DNA from: Sediminibacterium sp.
Lineage (GTDB): Bacteria > Bacteroidota > Bacteroidia > Chitinophagales > Chitinophagaceae
Direction of reading: 5' to 3'
Length of the DNA: 61,331 nt
Assembly: GCA_044372935.1 (NCBI GenBank)
Contig: JBILQZ010000001.1
Location: forward strand, 1 to 61,331
Below the pieces are notes generated by a model. It was not told where the DNA came from, made no database searches, and saw only the letters and a list, made by a program, of their open reading frames with translations. The translations under genes were made by a program, and so were the position numbers. Shown in pieces: positions 50,920 to 61,331 of this stretch. Each line of letters begins with the position of its first letter. The first letter of the stretch is position 1.

Positions 50920-51649
50920 ATCCGTAAAGTTCAAAATGGATTTGATTTTTGGGGATGCCTAATTCGGCTAAACTGCTTCTTGCTTCGTCTACCATATCCT
51001 TCCATCCGCAGATATAAAATTGCGCATCCTTGCTGGCGCCTTCTGCTAATAATTTTTTATAGGTTGCATGAACATAGCCTTGATTTGCGCCTTCGAGTAG
51101 TTCGGTTTCTCTAGAAAAGCTGGGGTGGTAATAAAAATGCGGCATTGTTTTTTCTAAGGACTTGAATTCATGTCCGTAGAGGCAATCACTATATTTTCTG
51201 CATCCAAATAATAAATGAATATTTTGGTGTGTTGTTTCTTTTTGATGCAGGTCTAGGATCATCGATCTAAAAGGGGCTACTCCTGTTCCTGTACATATGA
51301 AATAAAGATCGGTGGTGATTGCTTTCGGTAATACAAAAACACCCTGTGGTCCCCTTATAGTAAGGATGCTTCCCAATTGTACCTCGTTGAATAAATAGCG
51401 AGTACCGGCTCCACCTTCTAATTGAACTATGACTAATTCAAATTCATTGGTACCATTGGGTGCGGAAGCAATTGAATAGCTTCTCCAGCGTTTATTTTTT
51501 TGTTCATGGATAGGCAAGTCAAGTGTTATAAATTGGCCAGGCACAAAATCAAAGACAGCGCCTGATTGTAAGGCCAACCAGAACCTTTTGGTGCTAGGGG
51601 TCTCTTGAACTATTTTAGTGACGATTGCGTCCTGCCAGGGTTGTAACAT
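50918..51649 (-). CDS. FNR-family FAD/NAD(P)-binding oxidoreductase
   Basis: PGQF, RSYSIAS, GPQG, TGTGVAPFRSM, YICG, terminal ELY. Confidence 0.92.
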   Translation of the reverse strand: MLQPWQDAIVTKIVQETPSTKRFWLALQSGAVFDFVPGQFITLDLPIHEQKNKRWRSYSIASAPNGTNEFELVIVQLEGGAGTRYLFNEVQLGSILTIRGPQGVFVLPKAITTDLYFICTGTGVAPFRSMILDLHQKETTHQNIHLLFGCRKYSDCLYGHEFKSLEKTMPHFYYHPSFSRETELLEGANQGYVHATYKKLLAEGASKDAQFYICGWKDMVDEARSSLAELGIPKNQIHFELYG

Positions 51650-51655
51650 GTTGCA

Positions 51656-54600
51656 TTAATTATTGGTGACAAAGATGCTTTGAACATACACTTTATTGTT
51701 CGCATATACCTTTACAAAATATATGCCTGTGGTTAATGTGGGCACTTGAACTGCTTGAACTGATGTTTGATTATTTAGCCTTTCTTGTTGAAAAACTGTT
51801 TGGCCATTACTATTTAATATACTAACACCAATATTATTTGTTTTAACATTATTAAATTGAATATAAAATTGATTCCCTTTAATTATATTTTCAATAAAGT
51901 CTGTAGAAAGAATTTTTAAGCCAATTTCTTTTGTAGGCGCTTGTGGAATATCAGTTACTAAGACCAAAGCATTATCAGAATAATTAGTACAAGTGCCAAT
52001 GGTGGCACTTACCTTGTAAAATGCATTGCCATAGGTTGAGTAAGGAATTTTATAACCCTGACTTGTTGCGCCATTGATAATTTCATCATTTCTATACCAT
52101 TGATATTTATCTGCAACTGTAGAACTGATACTGTCTTTTCCAATTAAAGTGATAACTGGTTTAGGAGCAAGTATCACTGGTATTTTTGTTAATGTACTTT
52201 CGTGTTTAGCGGTGCTAATCTGCATATTGTAAAAAAAGTAATAAAATTTTTCATAATCTGCGCCAGCCCAGTTGCCTGTCATAGATGCAAGCATTGTTGG
52301 TCCAAACGGATAGTTTTTTGAAGTGATATTATTATTTCTATAGATGGTAGCACTATCTGCACAACGAGCAATTAAAATATAATTTCCTGCTTGGGTTAAA
52401 TTCATATTAATTGCATACACTCTTCCAGTATCACCGGCCACATAAGGCGTTGGGGCTCCTGAACCTTCAGTGCCAGTTGCTGGGGTGGGACTAGGACTAC
52501 TAGCGATCACATGAATGGTTGACTTCTGTGTTTGAGAAGGGTAATAAGAGTAGGAGGTATCCGTAAAACTACTTAACTGCCTTAATTCAAGTTCAATTTT
52601 ACCTGCATACCCGGTATACATTTTTGCAGTTTCCAAAGTAATAGGTCCTTTTGTATTGATCCTCATAAATTCGCCATAACTACTACCCCAGTTATTGTAA
52701 CCGCCAGAGTTACTTAAGCTTGTATTGTCTTTTGCGCCAATAAAACCATTCCATCCTTTAGATACATATACATTTTGAGCTGATGTACTTGAGGTCATAA
52801 CAGAACCAACAGCGATAGGTTTACTTAAATCAGTATTGTTATCGTGCCATACATATTGATCTTCGCTAGATGGGTTATTAATTAGTAATTGAACATTATT
52901 ATTACAAGAAGTAGCGGAACCGGTAATGGCTTGGCTCGAATTCGCACTAATAATTGTAGCACTCATCGTGTTATTGGATGGTTGTTGATCATTGTTTATT
53001 GAGGCAGATGCAGTAATGGTATAGTTTTGATTTAACTCAATTGGAATAGGTTTTTGAAAAGTATACAACATGGTTTCTGCACCATATAATCTTCCTGTAA
53101 AAGTTTCAGTAGTATTTAGAATGGTCGTATTACCCTTTTTTACAACAAGGGTCATTGGGATATTACTCACTTTATTAGCGCCATTATTAGCCACTTTTAC
53201 CGTTACGTATTGAACTGCTTTTTCAGAAACACCTCCAATAGGATTGGTAATTTCAAGGAGTTGAATATCATTGGTAGGGTTCACAACTTTAAATGTATAG
53301 TCTTGTGTTTCTCCTACTGTATAATTGCCACAAGCAATGACGTCATTGGCTGATGCAGCTTCCGCCACTACTACGCGTAGTTTTGTAAATTGATTGATGG
53401 TTAAATTGCTTGCTAAATTTATGCTCGCATTATAGTTTCCATTTGTTAAGACCGGACTTGTGTGCACTAATTCGTTGGTGTCAAATACGCCATTGTTATT
53501 GTAGTCAATAAATATTTTGACAAATCGATTGTTATTGGTTGCATCGGCGCTACTTAATTTTATAAAGAAATTAAGCGAACCATTTGACTCCCCATTTACA
53601 AATAGGGCGGTATTGTCTACATAATTATCAGCAGTTGTTTTTGCAAATTGGACATTGTTCAATTGAATGCTATCAATTTTTGTACCCGCTGCACTAGTAG
53701 CTGCAGAATTGCAATAGGCTGTACCGCCTGCGCCACTAATGATCAAAGAGTAAGCTTGTTGACCACGCTCTAAATTACCTTTATGGTTGACTGTAACCGT
53801 ATAGGCAGTACCCACTAAGCTAGTGTCTACTTCTACTTTTTCGACATTGTCCAAACTGTTAATGCCCTTTGTAGCTGGACTTTCTGGACTTGTAGGATTC
53901 AACTTCCAACTGTAAATCGTTTTATTGCCCTGGGTAATTTTAAGGTCTAAATCGTTTACTAATTTAGGAGTTGTATTATTTAATAAATCACTTGGAGTTC
54001 CTTTCACATCCGTCCAAACTAAAGTTGCTTTAACGGGACGAGATCCAGATGCAGTGATGGTATAAGTTTGACTTGCGCCATTTGCTAAAATATTTTCATA
54101 AATAAAATGTGGACTGTTAGCACTATTCTGATTTGTAAAAGCAGTGTTTAATACTTGAGCAGCTTCATTTATATTAAGTAAGCCCCATCCAAATTTATAA
54201 TCAGGTCCTGGATGAAAGCCAGCTTCATTCGCTGTATGAATTGCTAACCCCTTTAAAGTTGCAGATTTTAATACCCTTGGTGCGCCATTGACTAAAAATC
54301 TATGGCTTAATTCTTGCAGTAACAATAAACTTCCAGCTGTACCAGGTGTAGCCATGGATGTGCCATTTTGATAGCCATAGCTAGAATCGTTAGAAGCAAG
54401 GGTAGAGAAGACAGATACCCCTTGTGCTACAATGTCTGGCTTAATTCTTCCATCGTCTGTTGGGCCCCATCCGCTGAAATTACTCATTACCACATCTTCT
54501 TTTTTATTGTATCCGGCTGGAATACCACTCACTGCTCCTACAGTTAAAATATTTTTTGCATTTTTTTCAGCGGAGATACTGCCATAAGAATCATTGCTAC

Positions 54601-55486
54601 TTAAAGAGTCAGGGCGATTGCCCGCATTGTAAAGGCGACCATTCTGGTCTCTTCTCCAATAAGGTTGGCCCACTGCTGGACCAGTGCTAGTTCGATTATT
54701 ACCCGCTGCGCCTACAATTAAATAATTGGGTGCATTGTAAGCAATTGAATCTTGAACGGAAGCATCATTGTCATATAAACCAAAACGATAATCTTCTTTT
54801 TCGTTCCATCGTCCATTGAATTCCCAACGAGATGAGTCGTTGTTTTTATCCCAGCCTGTAACAATGCCATAAGAGTGATTAGAAATCAACAATCCTTGTG
54901 CAGCTGCAGCAGACATTTCAGATAAATCATTATTCCAGTCGTAATCTAAAATGCCTTTTACATTATAAGCCATTCCTTTTGCCATTGGATTCAGGCCTTT
55001 ACTCATTACTATTCCAGCAACATGAGTGCTATGGTCTATGGTATCGGTAGAATTATCTTTTTGAGTGATTCTTCCAGTAAATTCTTTATGGGTTAATCTT
55101 GGACTTCCTTCATCCCAGATACCTAATTTATTCAACATCGTATTATCTGAACCACTTAAATTTAAATTTGAACTAGCCCCTGGCCAAACTTTATTTGTAG
55201 TAATGGTGATCGCACCAACTGGATCTGCGTAACTGATATAATATTTAGGCCATCCTTTAGCGTCAACCCCCATTAATTTTGCACTGTTTTGATTGCGAGA
55301 AGCATATCGAATTGGCCAACCATTCTGTTTTGCCACCATCACCGCTCTTGCAAAATTAGCTCTTGCATCTAAAGCTAAATTGGTTGAAGTTTGCATTAAT
55401 ACATCCATCTTCATTACGCTTTGAGCATACCCCATATTGTATATAGCAGTAATCGATAAAAATGATAAAATCAGCCATTTTTTCAT
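51656..55486 (-). CDS. Secreted S8 subtilisin-like protease with GEVED-like domain and T9SS-type C-terminal sorting domain
   Basis: Signal peptide MKKWLIL...; triad GIWDEG / HSTHVAG / GTSMATP; FIDYNNNGVF...GETQDY; C-terminal LTTGIYFVKV. Confidence 0.9.
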   Translation of the reverse strand: MKKWLILSFLSITAIYNMGYAQSVMKMDVLMQTSTNLALDARANFARAVMVAKQNGWPIRYASRNQNSAKLMGVDAKGWPKYYISYADPVGAITITTNKVWPGASSNLNLSGSDNTMLNKLGIWDEGSPRLTHKEFTGRITQKDNSTDTIDHSTHVAGIVMSKGLNPMAKGMAYNVKGILDYDWNNDLSEMSAAAAQGLLISNHSYGIVTGWDKNNDSSRWEFNGRWNEKEDYRFGLYDNDASVQDSIAYNAPNYLIVGAAGNNRTSTGPAVGQPYWRRDQNGRLYNAGNRPDSLSSNDSYGSISAEKNAKNILTVGAVSGIPAGYNKKEDVVMSNFSGWGPTDDGRIKPDIVAQGVSVFSTLASNDSSYGYQNGTSMATPGTAGSLLLLQELSHRFLVNGAPRVLKSATLKGLAIHTANEAGFHPGPDYKFGWGLLNINEAAQVLNTAFTNQNSANSPHFIYENILANGASQTYTITASGSRPVKATLVWTDVKGTPSDLLNNTTPKLVNDLDLKITQGNKTIYSWKLNPTSPESPATKGINSLDNVEKVEVDTSLVGTAYTVTVNHKGNLERGQQAYSLIISGAGGTAYCNSAATSAAGTKIDSIQLNNVQFAKTTADNYVDNTALFVNGESNGSLNFFIKLSSADATNNNRFVKIFIDYNNNGVFDTNELVHTSPVLTNGNYNASINLASNLTINQFTKLRVVVAEAASANDVIACGNYTVGETQDYTFKVVNPTNDIQLLEITNPIGGVSEKAVQYVTVKVANNGANKVSNIPMTLVVKKGNTTILNTTETFTGRLYGAETMLYTFQKPIPIELNQNYTITASASINNDQQPSNNTMSATIISANSSQAITGSATSCNNNVQLLINNPSSEDQYVWHDNNTDLSKPIAVGSVMTSSTSAQNVYVSKGWNGFIGAKDNTSLSNSGGYNNWGSSYGEFMRINTKGPITLETAKMYTGYAGKIELELRQLSSFTDTSYSYYPSQTQKSTIHVIASSPSPTPATGTEGSGAPTPYVAGDTGRVYAINMNLTQAGNYILIARCADSATIYRNNNITSKNYPFGPTMLASMTGNWAGADYEKFYYFFYNMQISTAKHESTLTKIPVILAPKPVITLIGKDSISSTVADKYQWYRNDEIINGATSQGYKIPYSTYGNAFYKVSATIGTCTNYSDNALVLVTDIPQAPTKEIGLKILSTDFIENIIKGNQFYIQFNNVKTNNIGVSILNSNGQTVFQQERLNNQTSVQAVQVPTLTTGIYFVKVYANNKVYVQSIFVTNN

Positions 55487-55582
55487 ACTACTAAAGTACA
55501 ATGTATTCTTTGTAATTATGACATCCACTCTCCTTTAATACATCCCTAAAGAATAAGGTTTTATTTTGTGTAACTTTAGTAA

Positions 55583-56038
55583 ATGAAACCGATCTCATCT
55601 TGCCTCAAACAATGGTGCTTATTCTTATTGGCCTTGCCCTTATTAATGGGTTTTTGTTTTAGATCCAATGGGATAAAGGGTCGTGTGTTTATTGAAAACG
55701 AAGCAAGGATGCCGCTAAAGGGTAAATCTTCACAAAACCGAGCCCCTTATTCTTCCACTATTAATGTATATGCAGCGGCCAAAACAACCCAGTTAGTTGG
55801 TCAAGATGGTCCATGGGTAAAGGGTATCGATGCTCGATTACTGTATCAAATTAAGACAAATCAACTAGGCCAGTTTAAACGAGCAATTCCACCAGGTAAG
55901 TATACTTTACTTGTACAGCATACAAATGGATTGTACATTCCCTATTTTTCGGGCATGGATGAAGTATCGATTATTGAAGTTAAAAAAGGTGTCTTTCAAG
56001 AAATTGACTTAACGATAGCTTCGCCGTCCCTATTTTGA
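55583..56038 (+). CDS. Secreted hypothetical protein, carboxypeptidase-regulatory-like beta-sandwich
   Basis: Signal-like N-terminus; GIKGRV and TNQLGQF...IPPGKYTLLV pattern. Confidence 0.55.
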   Translation: MKPISSCLKQWCLFLLALPLLMGFCFRSNGIKGRVFIENEARMPLKGKSSQNRAPYSSTINVYAAAKTTQLVGQDGPWVKGIDARLLYQIKTNQLGQFKRAIPPGKYTLLVQHTNGLYIPYFSGMDEVSIIEVKKGVFQEIDLTIASPSLF

Positions 56039-56060
56039 TTGTATCTTTGTAGACTGAACT

Positions 56061-59000
56061 ATGAATGAGCAATCTTTGTTTGATCGATACGATAGATCCC
56101 CCCTACTAAAAAAAATAGTAGATGGCCTTGCTTTGTCTGTATCCGAAAAAAAACCATTTCAAGTTCATTTACAAAACTTATACGGATCGGCTCCAGCATT
56201 TGTTTTAAAATATCTTTTTACCCATACCCAAACTGATTCATTCAACCACCTGATTGTATTGGATGATGCCGAAGAAGCAGCCTATTTTTATAATACTGTT
56301 GAGAGCATTACTGGGGCGATGGATTTATTTTATTTTCCTTCCTCTTTTAAAACGACGCAAAATTTTAGTTTGCTGAATCCTTCCCATGTGATGTTGAGGA
56401 CAGAGGCATTGACTAAATTGTCGATGGGTGGCAATAAGAAAATAGTGGTGACCTATCCAGAAGCATTTTTTGAAAAAGTGATTCTTCCAAAGACCTTACA
56501 ACAAAATATCATTCAAATTAAAACCAATGATACTTTAGGCTTGGATGCTTTGATGGAAAGTTTAGTGCAGTATGGTTTTGATAGAACTGATTTCGTGTAT
56601 GAGCCTGGACAATTTGCACTAAGAGGAGGTATATTGGATATTTATTCTTTTGGTAATGAAAAGCCTTACAGGGTTGAATTATTTGGAGAAGAAGTAGATA
56701 GTATTCGCTTGTTTGATCCCGAGACACAATTAAGTGAAAGAAAATTATTGCAAGTCAATATCATTCCTAATGTGACCACGCAATTTGAGGATACAGAAAA
56801 AATTCCATTAATGGAATTTGTTTCCGAAAATACCATCCTCTGGTTAAAAGACTGGGCGCTAATTCAACAAAGAGGCTTGGATCAAATGGAGGCGTTAGAA
56901 GCTTTTTTACATCATGCGCCTGTAGCAAAATCGATAGACAATTCGGATACACATAAAAAAAATACACAGGTAGATGATTTTGTGCCGGTAGCAACGGTAA
57001 CAGCGCAAATAAAGCAACACTCAATTATTGAATGGGGCGCTCAGGCTAATTTGACAGAAAAAAAACTTGCCTTTAGTACCCAAGTACAACCGAGTTTTAA
57101 TAGACAGTTTCAATATTTGATTGCCAATCTGCAGGATTTTGAAAAAAAGGGCTATGATGTATTCTTGTTTGCTGAACAAGCAAAACAACTTGAACGTTTG
57201 CATGCCATCTTTACCGATTTAAAAACAGAGATTCAGTTTACGCCGATTGTAAAAAATATACATGAAGGCTTTGTGGATCATGACCATAAAATGGTTTGCT
57301 ATACAGACCATCAAATATTTCAACGTTACCATAAATACAAAGTAAAGCAGGCATACAGCAAGAACAAAGCCATTACATTGAGGACATTGAGTGATTTGCA
57401 TCCTGGCGATTATGTAACCCATATAGACCATGGAGTAGGCGTCTACAGTGGATTGCAGAAGATCGAAGTGAGCGGTATGATGCAAGAAGCGGTAAGGATT
57501 ATTTATAAGGATAGCGATATATTGTATGTGAATATTAATTCCTTACATAAGATTTCAAAATATACAGGGAAGGAAGGCACACCACCCAAAGTGAATAAAT
57601 TAGGTTCGGATGCTTGGGTGAAATTAAAAGACAAGACCAAGGCTAAAGTAAAAGCCATTGCATTTGATTTAATCAAATTGTATGCACAAAGAAAAGCGCA
57701 AACTGGCTTTGCTTTTACCCCTGATAATTATATGATGCATGAATTAGAAGCCTCATTTATTTACGAAGACACGATTGATCAGGCTAAGGCCATTGCGGAT
57801 GTAAAGAAAGACATGGAAGCTACTGCACCAATGGATCGTTTGGTCTGTGGAGATGTAGGTTTTGGTAAAACAGAAGTGGCTATTCGTGCTGCATTCAAAG
57901 CGGCCATAGACGGAAAGCAAGTGGCGGTGCTTGTACCAACTACTATTTTAGCTTTCCAGCATTATAAGACTTTTAAAGAAAGATTAAAAGATTTTCCATT
58001 GGAGATTGATTTTTTAAATCGTTTCAAATCTGCCGCGCAAAAGAAGGAGACCATCGCTAAAGTGAAAGAAGGTAAAATAGATATTTTAGTAGGCACGCAT
58101 GGCATACTTGGCAAGGAAGTTAATTTCAAAGACTTAGGGTTAATGGTGATTGATGAGGAACAGAAATTTGGCGTTGCCCATAAAGAAAAATTAAAAACAT
58201 TAAGGACAAGCGTAGACTGCCTAACCCTTACTGCTACGCCGATTCCAAGAACTTTGCATTTTAGTTTAATGGGGGCAAGGGACTTAAGTATCATTAATAC
58301 GCCGCCAGCAAATAGGCAACCTATACATACCGAAGTACAAGTGTTTCATGAAGATGTGATTAGAGAGACTATTTATTTTGAAACAGAAAGAGGGGGGCAG
58401 GTATTTTTCATACATAATAGAGTACAGGGTTTGGCAGAAATGTGTGCGATGATTCAGAAGCTGTGTCCAGATTTAAGTATTGGTTTTGCACATGGACAAT
58501 TAGAAGGACATCAGTTAGAAGAAAAGATATTTGATTTTATAGAACGCAGGTATGATGTGTTGGTCTGCACGAATATTGTAGAAAGTGGGGTGGATATTCC
58601 AAATGTCAATACCATCATTATCAATAATGCACATCAGTTTGGATTAAGTGATTTGCACCAGCTAAGAGGTAGAGTGGGTAGGAGTAATAAAAAAGCATTC
58701 TGTTATTTATTGGCACCCCCAATAAGTACTTTGCCAGATGATTCAAGAAAGCGTTTACAAACTTTAGAACAGTTTAGTGAATTAGGCTCTGGCTTTCAAA
58801 TTGCAATGCGTGATTTAGATATACGTGGTGCAGGTAATTTACTAGGTGGAGAGCAAAGTGGTTTCATGGCAGAGATTGGGTTTGAAATGTACCAGAAAAT
58901 TTTAGCAGAAGCAGTGCGTGAATTAAAGCGTTCCGATTTTAAAGAATTATTTGAAGAGGAAATCAGTAAGCAAGATGATTTTGTAACTGATTGCACCATA

Positions 59001-59447
59001 GATACAGATTTGGAAATCATGATTCCTGATGGTTATGTAGAAAGTATTGGCGAGAGACTTTCTTTATACACCCGATTGGACCAATCAGAAGACGATGAGA
59101 CATTAGAGGCTATGAAAGTTGAATTGATAGACCGATTTGGTCCTATGCCTAAACAGGTTGCATCCCTTTTTACTACTATTCAATCTAGAAGATTAGCCAT
59201 CGCTTTAGGTTTTGAGAAAATGACTTTGAAAGATGAAACCTTGAGGTGTTTCTTTATCAATAGGCCAGACTCTCCTTATTATGAAAGTGCCATCTTCAAA
59301 GGTTTATTGAGTTTCACACAAACTGCTATGAACAACGCCCATTTTAAACAAGTAGGTAAAACCTTTATCTTAATCATTAAGGATATTAAGAGTATGGAAC
59401 ATTGCTATGCTACCTTAACTAAGATTCACCAAGGAGTAGTGAAGTAA
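56061..59447 (+). CDS. mfd: Transcription-repair coupling factor
   Basis: RGGILDIYS, VTHIDHGVG, MDRLVCGDVGFGKTE, DEEQKFG, TATPIPRTL, QLRGRVGR. Confidence 0.98.
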   Translation: MNEQSLFDRYDRSPLLKKIVDGLALSVSEKKPFQVHLQNLYGSAPAFVLKYLFTHTQTDSFNHLIVLDDAEEAAYFYNTVESITGAMDLFYFPSSFKTTQNFSLLNPSHVMLRTEALTKLSMGGNKKIVVTYPEAFFEKVILPKTLQQNIIQIKTNDTLGLDALMESLVQYGFDRTDFVYEPGQFALRGGILDIYSFGNEKPYRVELFGEEVDSIRLFDPETQLSERKLLQVNIIPNVTTQFEDTEKIPLMEFVSENTILWLKDWALIQQRGLDQMEALEAFLHHAPVAKSIDNSDTHKKNTQVDDFVPVATVTAQIKQHSIIEWGAQANLTEKKLAFSTQVQPSFNRQFQYLIANLQDFEKKGYDVFLFAEQAKQLERLHAIFTDLKTEIQFTPIVKNIHEGFVDHDHKMVCYTDHQIFQRYHKYKVKQAYSKNKAITLRTLSDLHPGDYVTHIDHGVGVYSGLQKIEVSGMMQEAVRIIYKDSDILYVNINSLHKISKYTGKEGTPPKVNKLGSDAWVKLKDKTKAKVKAIAFDLIKLYAQRKAQTGFAFTPDNYMMHELEASFIYEDTIDQAKAIADVKKDMEATAPMDRLVCGDVGFGKTEVAIRAAFKAAIDGKQVAVLVPTTILAFQHYKTFKERLKDFPLEIDFLNRFKSAAQKKETIAKVKEGKIDILVGTHGILGKEVNFKDLGLMVIDEEQKFGVAHKEKLKTLRTSVDCLTLTATPIPRTLHFSLMGARDLSIINTPPANRQPIHTEVQVFHEDVIRETIYFETERGGQVFFIHNRVQGLAEMCAMIQKLCPDLSIGFAHGQLEGHQLEEKIFDFIERRYDVLVCTNIVESGVDIPNVNTIIINNAHQFGLSDLHQLRGRVGRSNKKAFCYLLAPPISTLPDDSRKRLQTLEQFSELGSGFQIAMRDLDIRGAGNLLGGEQSGFMAEIGFEMYQKILAEAVRELKRSDFKELFEEEISKQDDFVTDCTIDTDLEIMIPDGYVESIGERLSLYTRLDQSEDDETLEAMKVELIDRFGPMPKQVASLFTTIQSRRLAIALGFEKMTLKDETLRCFFINRPDSPYYESAIFKGLLSFTQTAMNNAHFKQVGKTFILIIKDIKSMEHCYATLTKIHQGVVK

Positions 59448-59451
59448 GGGC

Positions 59452-59482
59452 AAAAAAAAGCCCACTCCAAAGAGTAGACTTT
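59452..59482 (-). terminator. Intrinsic terminator (minus strand)
   Basis: Minus strand: AAAGTCTACTC-TTTG-GAGTGGGCTTTTTTTT. Confidence 0.75.
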
Positions 59483-59506
59483 CAATCTTGTAGTTATAAG
59501 TCTCTA

Positions 59507-59545
59507 AAAAAATCGAGGCACTCGTTTATGGGGTGCCTCGAAAAA
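59507..59545 (-). terminator. Second hairpin with U-tract (minus strand)
   Basis: TCGAGGCAC/GTGCCTCGA 9 bp stem flanked by A runs on the + strand. Confidence 0.65.
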
Positions 59546-59554
59546 TCATTAGAG

Positions 59555-59600
59555 AATTTTAAGTGACCCCTTAAATTTCATTAAGGGGTCACTTAAAATT
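59555..59600. repeat. Perfect 20 bp inverted repeat with 6 nt loop
   Basis: AATTTTAAGTGACCCCTTAA-ATTTCA-TTAAGGGGTCACTTAAAATT. Confidence 0.95.
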
Positions 59601-59805
59601 AAAATCCTTTTTTAGCTACACCATCAGCGATTGCTTTTAAAGCATTTGTTTCGCTCATGATTGCTGCCATTTTATTTCCTTTACCATCGTGACCGCCAGC
59701 CATATAACCGCCTTTTGCAGTTTTAGTAACTACAGCATCATGCATTGGTACGTTTTTTTCTTTTGTTTTCAAGCAATATGCTTTGATCATTTTTGAAGTG
59801 TCCAT
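59599..59805 (-). CDS. Small basic hypothetical protein (DUF5679-like AYCxK start)
   Basis: 68 aa, Lys/Ala/Gly-rich, own A-rich upstream region, not shadowing another gene. Confidence 0.75.
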   Translation of the reverse strand: MDTSKMIKAYCLKTKEKNVPMHDAVVTKTAKGGYMAGGHDGKGNKMAAIMSETNALKAIADGVAKKGF

Positions 59806-59922
59806 TTTGTATATATTTTAATTATTAAAATGCTTATTGAAAGTAGTTTATTTATTGATATGCAAGGTTTGATTTATACGTTTTTTTGTTAAATGTTTAT
59901 AAATTCCCCTCAATGGAGGCCC

Positions 59923-61331
<1,409 letters not shown>

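Overview
A 61.3 kb, AT-rich, very gene-dense stretch of core chromosome from a Bacteroidota bacterium. The gene set and protein style suggest Chitinophagaceae (inference): TAnnTTTG-type -7 promoters, LpxC-FabZ fusion, single-chain GlyRS and a T9SS-type substrate. It carries rel/spoT (partial), atpBEFHA without atpG, an ABC-2/LolA-like cluster, pdxA/rsmA/greA/ruvC, uppP/ftsX/leuS, ruvB, recQ, a P1B ATPase, tsaE/ald, HD-lpxD-lpxC/fabZ-lpxA, tRNA-Leu-tig-clpP-clpP-clpX, dtd/glyS, a large S8 protease, mfd and gyrB (partial). I saw no mobile element, prophage, CRISPR array or defence island. The most interesting signals are small and regulatory: (1) an 18-codon, apparently leaderless uORF that spans a terminator hairpin and overlaps the greA start (ATGA), a candidate attenuator; (2) a recurring '-7 box + 4 nt + ATG' layout suggesting leaderless mRNAs; (3) a candidate ~63 nt sRNA convergent with an unannotated 48 aa protein; (4) a small basic protein after gyrB followed by three hairpins, one a perfect 20 bp inverted repeat. 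Product calls come from motif and family recognition only; no database search was run.
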